DNA of 33,158 nucleotides from Nitrospira sp. (GTDB lineage Bacteria > Nitrospirota > Nitrospiria > Nitrospirales > Nitrospiraceae), in contig JBKKBQ010000265.1 of assembly GCA_046714015.1 (NCBI GenBank), positions 1-33,158 of the forward strand, written 5' to 3'. Below the pieces are notes generated by a model. It was given only the letters and a program-made list of their open reading frames with translations. It was not told where the DNA came from and did no database searches. Below are positions 28,270 through 33,158 of the stretch, in pieces (the first letter of the stretch is position 1; each line of letters starts with the position of its first letter). The position numbers were made by a program, and so were the translations under genes.

Positions 28270-29202
28270 TCACACCTGCTGATTCGTGTGTTGCAAAAAG
28301 ATCTCTTCAAGGGAACCCTTATGCGGCACAACAGACACCAGCCTCCCTCCCGCCTGTCGAATGGCTGCCAAGAGATCATCGAGCTTTTGATCGCCAGAAA
28401 TTGCCATCCAACACCGATTTCCACGCTGAAGCACACGAATCGCGAGGACCTTGACCAAGGGGATGGAGTTCCCCATAACACCTTCACAAACCACTTCAAC
28501 CGACTGTGCGGAACCCCGGCTGACAAGATCCTCAATGCGACCCACCGCGAGCATTTTTCCTTTCGCGAGAATACCCACCCGGTCACAGATCATTTCAACA
28601 TCGGAAATGATGTGTGTACTGAAGAACACTGTCTTACCTTGGTCTCGCAGATTGAGAATAATGTCCCGAACTTCCTTACGACCTACGGGATCTAGCCCCG
28701 ACATCGGTTCATCGAGAATCACTAGTTCAGGGTCATGGATGAGCGCCTGTGCCAAGCCGATTCGTTGTAACATGCCTTTGGAGAACTTTCTCAATGGTTG
28801 GCATCGAGCGTTCGTTAATCCGACGCGCTGCAACAACGCCGGTATCCGCTGCTGTAGCTCAGTCTTACTGACACCTCCCAGCCGTCCATGAAACCACAGG
28901 AATTCCTCCGCCGTCAGATAATCATAAAAGTACGGCGACTCCGGCAAATATCCAATTTTCTTGTGAATGTCCACTTCAGCAGCCGTCCGTCCCAAAATTT
29001 CAACGGAGCCGCTAGTCGCCTTCATGAGCCCAAGAACGATTTTCATAGTCGTGGTCTTACCCGCGCCGTTTGGCCCCAAGAACCCAAAAATTTCCCCCTG
29101 CCCGACGGCCATCGAGACGTCTCGAAGTACCGTTGCTGCTATTTGCCACGGCCAAGTTGAGCGATGCGTCTTACAGAGCTTGTCAATAACAACGGCGTTC
29201 AT
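28270..29202 (-). CDS. Pilus-associated ABC transporter ATP-binding protein (PilH-like)
   Basis: GPNGAGKTT, GYLPESPYFYDYLT, FSKGMLQRIGLAQAL, ILDEPMSGLDPVGR, FFSTH. Start ATG 29202. Confidence 0.92.
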   Translation of the reverse strand: MNAVVIDKLCKTHRSTWPWQIAATVLRDVSMAVGQGEIFGFLGPNGAGKTTTMKIVLGLMKATSGSVEILGRTAAEVDIHKKIGYLPESPYFYDYLTAEEFLWFHGRLGGVSKTELQQRIPALLQRVGLTNARCQPLRKFSKGMLQRIGLAQALIHDPELVILDEPMSGLDPVGRKEVRDIILNLRDQGKTVFFSTHIISDVEMICDRVGILAKGKMLAVGRIEDLVSRGSAQSVEVVCEGVMGNSIPLVKVLAIRVLQRGNRCWMAISGDQKLDDLLAAIRQAGGRLVSVVPHKGSLEEIFLQHTNQQV

Positions 29203-29308
29203 GGGTTCTCTCAATCGCGTATCACTTCCTTACAGACCCTTAGAGCAGAGATGCGACAGAACGGCGAGCATTTCATTTGATTAGGCCAGCGGCTACTCTC
29301 AATGGACA

Positions 29309-29336
29309 ATCATAGCAGCCTGGTGCTCTTGATCAA
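29309..29336 (-). promoter_or_regulatory. Possible sigma70-type internal promoter upstream of the PilH-like ATPase
   Basis: Minus strand reads TTGATC-N16-TATGAT with a TGn extended -10 (TGcTATGAT), inside a ~240 nt intergenic gap. The -35 sits within the 10-bp palindrome CTTGATCAAG (29328-29337). Confidence 0.35.
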
Positions 29337-29445
29337 GTATTCCCGCGAATGGCACAGGGGACCGATTCCGACCACCTGACAAAAGTTTAACTATCAATCG
29401 TTCCGCAAAACTGTCTTAACTCGGGAAAGGGCTTCCAAGAGATCT

Positions 29446-30324
29446 TCAGCGACTTCTCCTTCGTCCAGTGAGCGTGAGGCGCTCTGCCGCTTCACTACTC
29501 GAAACCCGCCCTGTGTTCGAGTCATACAGATAGCGTCCTCCTGATGGTTCTATAGGCAAGGTTTTCAAGAGATTCTGACGCACCAAGTCATCCAGACTCG
29601 CAGGCAAATGGCCATTGAGGCTCCTGTATTGATGGATCGCCTGTTCGAGAAGCTGTAAATCCCGCTCCGTCACCACTAGCCTTAAGCGCACCTCAAGGAG
29701 CCGTTTCGCCTGATCATCCGTGGTGTTCTGGTACATAGCGGCGAGAATATCGGCTGCCTGTTGTGGAGACCGGGCTGATACGAACAAGTTGGCGGCCAAT
29801 GTCCCAAGCATGGCGGGCGCGCCAGGTATCCGGGATGCCAGCAGCAACTGTTCCGCGGCGGCAGCATCGTCGGCTAACTCATAGTAATAGTTGATTCCCA
29901 AGAGAAATGGCAGCTTCCATTCCAGGGGATTATGCTGGATGCCCTTCTTTAGGAGTTGATTACTTTCCTCAGGCAGCACCACTAAGGTCGTGAGGGCAAG
30001 GCTCCCCGCTTCATAGGCACGGACGAACTGCTGATCCAGTGTGGTGATCACATCCAGCGCACTGTATAGCCAGCGCCCGTTCTCCTCGGACACTGTTTTC
30101 TCACCCATCACTTGGATAGCCTGGAGCCACAACAGATCCGCCACGAGTTCGCGGTATCCCAATGAGGCAAGCTTCAAATACTTGCCATTGGGTAGGAACA
30201 GAAGCTGTTGAAGTTTCTTCTCCATATCGCGCCACGGCGCCAGGTAGACCTGAAGCGCGATGAGTAATCCCATCAGCGTACCAAGAATTGCCAAAACGCG
30301 TACTCTCGCGCGTAGTGCTCTCAT
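29446..30324 (-). CDS. Pilus accessory protein, PilG(Myxococcus)/XapA-like; N-terminal membrane anchor, TPR-like helices, pseudopilin-like C-terminus
   Basis: N-terminal TM segment, LGYRELVADLLWLQAIQ, ITTLDQQF, LLKKGIQHNPLEWKLPFLLGINYYY; position between pilA and a PilHI-like ABC pair; ATGA overlap with the upstream gene. Confidence 0.7.
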   Translation of the reverse strand: MRALRARVRVLAILGTLMGLLIALQVYLAPWRDMEKKLQQLLFLPNGKYLKLASLGYRELVADLLWLQAIQVMGEKTVSEENGRWLYSALDVITTLDQQFVRAYEAGSLALTTLVVLPEESNQLLKKGIQHNPLEWKLPFLLGINYYYELADDAAAAEQLLLASRIPGAPAMLGTLAANLFVSARSPQQAADILAAMYQNTTDDQAKRLLEVRLRLVVTERDLQLLEQAIHQYRSLNGHLPASLDDLVRQNLLKTLPIEPSGGRYLYDSNTGRVSSSEAAERLTLTGRRRSR

Positions 30325-32441
30325 CGATGCATCTCCGTGGTCAACACTCTCTCCAGCGATGTCAAATCTGCTTGCAGAAACTGCTTTTCTGTATCGGCAA
30401 GTTCTCTTCTCTCCGTGGATTTCAAAAATTCCTTGATGACGGCGTACTCTTGCCGATAGTTCCCAGGGATTCCTGCTCGCAAGGACAATTCGGCAAGAAA
30501 AACTCGACCGGGAAGAAAGTTCGGCTCGTGAGATGTCGCGGTCTTGAGCAGGGCGATAGCATCGTTCACCTCTCCTTCGTCAGCAAGAAGCTTGGCTAAC
30601 TCGAAATAGCTGAATGGAGAGTACGGATCCCGCCGAATAGCTTCGCGGAATTCTTCTGAAGCCTTCTGAAGCAGCGGCTTACGTTCAAGCGCCGCAGATG
30701 CCTGAGTAGCCATGAGGCAATAAATTGTACCCAATCGATAGGCGAATCTTCCATCAAGCGGGTTCAAGCGTGATGCAAATAGTTCCTCTTCAGAAGCTTG
30801 AAGCAGCCAGCCTAAATCCCCGGATCGCTTGAAGAGTTCCAAGGCCGTGCGTGCCGCAGAATCGTGATATCCGGTTATTCCAGGATCGATACTTCCCGCG
30901 CGTAGATACCATGTCATGGCATGTTCCGGATTCCCAAGCCTTGCTTCCCTCTTCCCTTCTTCATGGGCATACCAGGCAAGCCAAGATTGGGCAAACACGG
31001 ATGTCATAAGAAGCCAGCCCAGAACAATCACCATGACCCGAATAGGATGGTATTGAAATACGATCGTCTTCCATATGGTGCGGTCTGGTCTGGCCAGAAG
31101 GTATGAGTTGTGGACTAGACCCGCGAGAATGATCAGCATTATGACAAGCGCTGGCTCATGAAACGTCGAATCAACTGCAGCATGCAACAAGAGTGCTATC
31201 ACAGAAGCAACCAGGCCAAACACAAGTCCTTGGTCACCAGAGTCAGCACGTTGGCGAAGCAACTGCGATGCCTCACGGAACCATACTCCTAAACCACCTA
31301 ACAGAATGATGAGTCCTACAATCCCCAACTCCACCCCAATTTGAAGATACTCATTGTGTGCCGATTCAGGTCGCTTCCAGTATCGAATAATACTCCCTTC
31401 GATCGGGAACCGATCTTCAAACGAGCCCTGTTTGTACATTCCCACACCTATCCCAAATGGCTGATCTATTATACGTGCAGCTGCATTCTTCCAAATGTCC
31501 ACTCTGGTATAGGCATAGGGATCCACCGACCCGACGTGGATCAGTCTATTCATGAGCGGATTGGGAACCAAGCCCACCAGGGCTGCACATACAATAACGG
31601 CCATCAAGGCCTTGAGGCCAAATCGAGCGAAACAGAGAATCGAAAGCGCACCGAACAGAGCAATCAGTGCACCCCGCGATTGAGCCATCACAAAGGCTAT
31701 TAAGACGACAATGCCACTCCCCACAATCCATCCTCGTGTCGCCACCAAGGACTTATTCTGGCCCGGCAAGATTAATCGCCCCAACATTAAGGCAAGAACA
31801 GCCCCTTCATAGATGGCAAAAAAATTGGGATTAAAGAACGTTCCTCGCGCTCTTTCTTCATTCAACCAGAGAAATTGCACAATCCCTACCAATGCTTCCA
31901 ATACACCGACCCCCATAACCAATCTGACTTGGACCTTCAGAAGTTCCGTAGACCGAATTCCATGGGTCACGAAAGCGAACAGTAGCGTGTAGGAAAATAC
32001 AGTCAAGATCCATTGTACACTTGGATTCTTGTAAGGAGACCATGCGAGAGACAGAGTCGTCCACAGCGCGAAGAGCAGAATGCAAAGCCCAAGGGAATCT
32101 TGCAGCAGCACTAGCCGCCCCTCCTTCATGCTCCTAAACAGCCATACCACGAGACTGGCCAGGAGCGTCAGGCGGATGATGAACATAGGCAATTGGGTCG
32201 TTCCGCCGTCAATTAAAGGGGAAAAGATAACCAAAAAACCCACGACACCACCAGCCTTTAGGTTCAACAAGCTGGCCAGTGATTTTCTTAAAACCTCTCT
32301 CACACCCTGCAGTCTCTTCCAGAAGCGCGAACCAGGGGCACCCGCGAAAGGAATTTCATCTCGGAGGGCATTGATAGATTGAGATCTGTCAGACACACGA
32401 ACCCTCATCGTGAGCAATTTTAAAACCCGGATCGAGATCAC
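30321..32441 (-). CDS. Wzy_C (O-antigen ligase / O-oligosaccharyltransferase-like) polytopic membrane protein with C-terminal TPR-like repeats
   Basis: About 12 hydrophobic segments, RARGTFFNPNFFA, QSRGALIA, RVDIWKNA...PFGIGVG...SAHNEYLQIGVELGIVG, HAAVD. The C-terminus has TPR-like units (RLNPLDGRFAYRLG, AIRRDPYSPFSYFELAKLL, HEPNFLPGRVFLAEL). The real start is probably downstream of 32441. Confidence 0.82.
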   Translation of the reverse strand: MISIRVLKLLTMRVRVSDRSQSINALRDEIPFAGAPGSRFWKRLQGVREVLRKSLASLLNLKAGGVVGFLVIFSPLIDGGTTQLPMFIIRLTLLASLVVWLFRSMKEGRLVLLQDSLGLCILLFALWTTLSLAWSPYKNPSVQWILTVFSYTLLFAFVTHGIRSTELLKVQVRLVMGVGVLEALVGIVQFLWLNEERARGTFFNPNFFAIYEGAVLALMLGRLILPGQNKSLVATRGWIVGSGIVVLIAFVMAQSRGALIALFGALSILCFARFGLKALMAVIVCAALVGLVPNPLMNRLIHVGSVDPYAYTRVDIWKNAAARIIDQPFGIGVGMYKQGSFEDRFPIEGSIIRYWKRPESAHNEYLQIGVELGIVGLIILLGGLGVWFREASQLLRQRADSGDQGLVFGLVASVIALLLHAAVDSTFHEPALVIMLIILAGLVHNSYLLARPDRTIWKTIVFQYHPIRVMVIVLGWLLMTSVFAQSWLAWYAHEEGKREARLGNPEHAMTWYLRAGSIDPGITGYHDSAARTALELFKRSGDLGWLLQASEEELFASRLNPLDGRFAYRLGTIYCLMATQASAALERKPLLQKASEEFREAIRRDPYSPFSYFELAKLLADEGEVNDAIALLKTATSHEPNFLPGRVFLAELSLRAGIPGNYRQEYAVIKEFLKSTERRELADTEKQFLQADLTSLERVLTTEMHR

Positions 32442-32473
32442 TGAGAGCTGACAACCTAAAGTGGGCTCTCTTG

Positions 32474-32502
32474 ACGGTAAGAGGGGTATCGATCAGCGTC
32501 AA
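32474..32502 (-). promoter_or_regulatory. Possible sigma70-type promoter for the genes downstream of pilA
   Basis: Minus strand TTGACG-N17-TACCGT, located just after the pilA hairpin and before the Wzy_C gene. Confidence 0.3.
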
Positions 32503-32523
32503 GGATTTCTCAACTTTATTCCC

Positions 32524-32565
32524 TCAAAGCAACAAGGGAGAGAGGCTTCATAGCCCCCCTCCCCT
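32524..32565 (-). terminator. Intrinsic terminator or stabilising hairpin after pilA
   Basis: Minus strand AGGGGAGGGGGGCT-ATGA-AGCCTCTCTCCCTT (32565-32534) forms a 14-bp stem with three G-U pairs that only pair on this strand. It is followed by GTTGCTTT and begins about 40 nt after the pilA stop. Confidence 0.7.
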
Positions 32566-32604
32566 GGGTCAACAGACCTCTCTGGCAACAACTACAGCGA
32601 CGTA

Positions 32605-33126
32605 TTACAGGGACACGTCGTTGTTCGTATTCTGCAGATTCCGCTGGTCATTAATGAACCAGTGGTCGCAGGCCACGTCGCCATCAATATTGCCACTGGC
32701 ACCAGCAGTAAAGCCTGTCGAACTTGCCGCAACAGTAAAACCACCACTGGTCGGTGTAGTCGTAACGTTACAGGGCGTCGTGGCACTCGAACTACCGTTG
32801 AAGAAGTTTATCGCGCCAGAAACACCAGTCGCAGGGTTTACTGTGTCAGCATAGAAGAAACGATATCGCGGAGTTCCTGAAGGTTGCCAGCCGATCTGTG
32901 TGATCGTCACCGGAGCATAGCTCTGTGGATTTTGGGATTCGGCCTGGTAGGCGACGGCAGATGTAAAGATTGCGCCCAGACTGACCTTCGCCTCAGACTG
33001 CTTCGATTTCGCCTGATAGGCGATGAAGTTCGGAATGGCGATGGCCGCCAGGATCCCGATGATCGCCACGACGATCATCAACTCGATGAGGGTGAAACCC
33101 CCTTGTTTCCGCAATGCCTTAAACAT
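32605..33126 (-). CDS. pilA: Type IVa major pilin
   Basis: Short basic leader [10 protein letters not shown], cleavage/methylation site G|[24 protein letters not shown] (E5, P22), 163-aa mature chain with two Cys; AAGGAGG RBS. Confidence 0.96.
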   Translation of the reverse strand: MFKALRKQGGFTLIELMIVVAIIGILAAIAIPNFIAYQAKSKQSEAKVSLGAIFTSAVAYQAESQNPQSYAPVTITQIGWQPSGTPRYRFFYADTVNPATGVSGAINFFNGSSSATTPCNVTTTPTSGGFTVAASSTGFTAGASGNIDGDVACDHWFINDQRNLQNTNNDVSL

Positions 33127-33133
33127 CGTACTG

Positions 33134-33140
33134 CCTCCTT
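33134..33140 (-). promoter_or_regulatory. Shine-Dalgarno site of pilA
   Basis: AAGGAGG lies 7 nt before ATG 33126 and supports this start over the track's GTG at 33153. Confidence 0.85.
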
Positions 33141-33158
33141 GTTGATGGTTCACTGACC

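Noticed and set aside
2301-28586. Long N-terminal extensions in track ORFs (starts 2567, 10455, 11998, 15164, 16198, 25835, 27559, 28586)
   Set aside because: They overlap upstream genes extensively. Internal ATGs with an RBS or stop/start coupling sit at or shortly before the start of the recognisable domains.
29350-29366. TGGCAC in the intergenic gap as a possible sigma54 -24 box
   Set aside because: It is on the plus strand, has no TTGC -12 element at the correct spacing and no gene to drive. The pilA promoter would lie outside the window.
32760-32800. N-x-S/T sequons in the pilin (N100-G-S, N110-V-T) as N-glycosylation sites
   Set aside because: Neither has an acidic residue at -2, and there is no PglB/STT3-like gene in the window; O-linkage is the better supported hypothesis.
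69-33156. Numerous other plus-strand and nested minus-strand ORFs in the track (e.g. 5280..6026, 10194..10904, 17604..18368, 26369..26983, 543..806)
   Set aside because: All overlap well-supported minus-strand genes, show no family motifs, and are expected by chance in GC-rich coding DNA.
1-33158. CRISPR arrays, tRNA/rRNA genes, IS elements, integrases, long tandem repeats or phase-variable homopolymer tracts
   Set aside because: None seen by eye. Intergenic gaps are short, and the longest runs noticed (A7-A8, e.g. near 18967, 22826 and 31818) lie in intact reading frames.

Overview
The window is one co-oriented (all minus-strand) gene cluster with many overlapping stop/start codons. It begins at a type IVa major pilin gene (pilA, right end) and runs off the left edge. 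In transcription order it encodes: pilA with a terminator-like hairpin; a Wzy_C (O-antigen ligase/O-oligosaccharyltransferase-like) membrane protein with a TPR-like tail; a PilG/XapA-like accessory protein; a PilH/PilI-like ABC transporter; a CgeB-type glycosyltransferase; a Wzm/Wzt polysaccharide ABC exporter; a ~24 kb glycan-tailoring block; a WecA/TagO-like initiating transferase; a flavoprotein resembling eukaryote-type UDP-galactopyranose mutase; and a final GT4 truncated by the window edge. Across the window I count 11 glycosyltransferase genes, 10 intact SAM-dependent methyltransferase genes, one internally deleted FkbM pseudogene and one CE4 deacetylase. The layout resembles the Myxococcus pilA-pilGHI and Geobacter pilA-xap loci. 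The pilin leader and gene content suggest a Nitrospira-like or deltaproteobacteria-like host (inference only). The most interesting reading is a pilus-associated glycosylation or surface-polysaccharide system producing an unusually heavily methylated, possibly furanose-containing glycan, next to an aromatic-rich pilin. I saw no rRNA, tRNA, CRISPR array or mobile element. All family calls come from motif recognition by eye, not database searches. Many start codons were re-assigned from the ORF track using RBS and gene overlaps.
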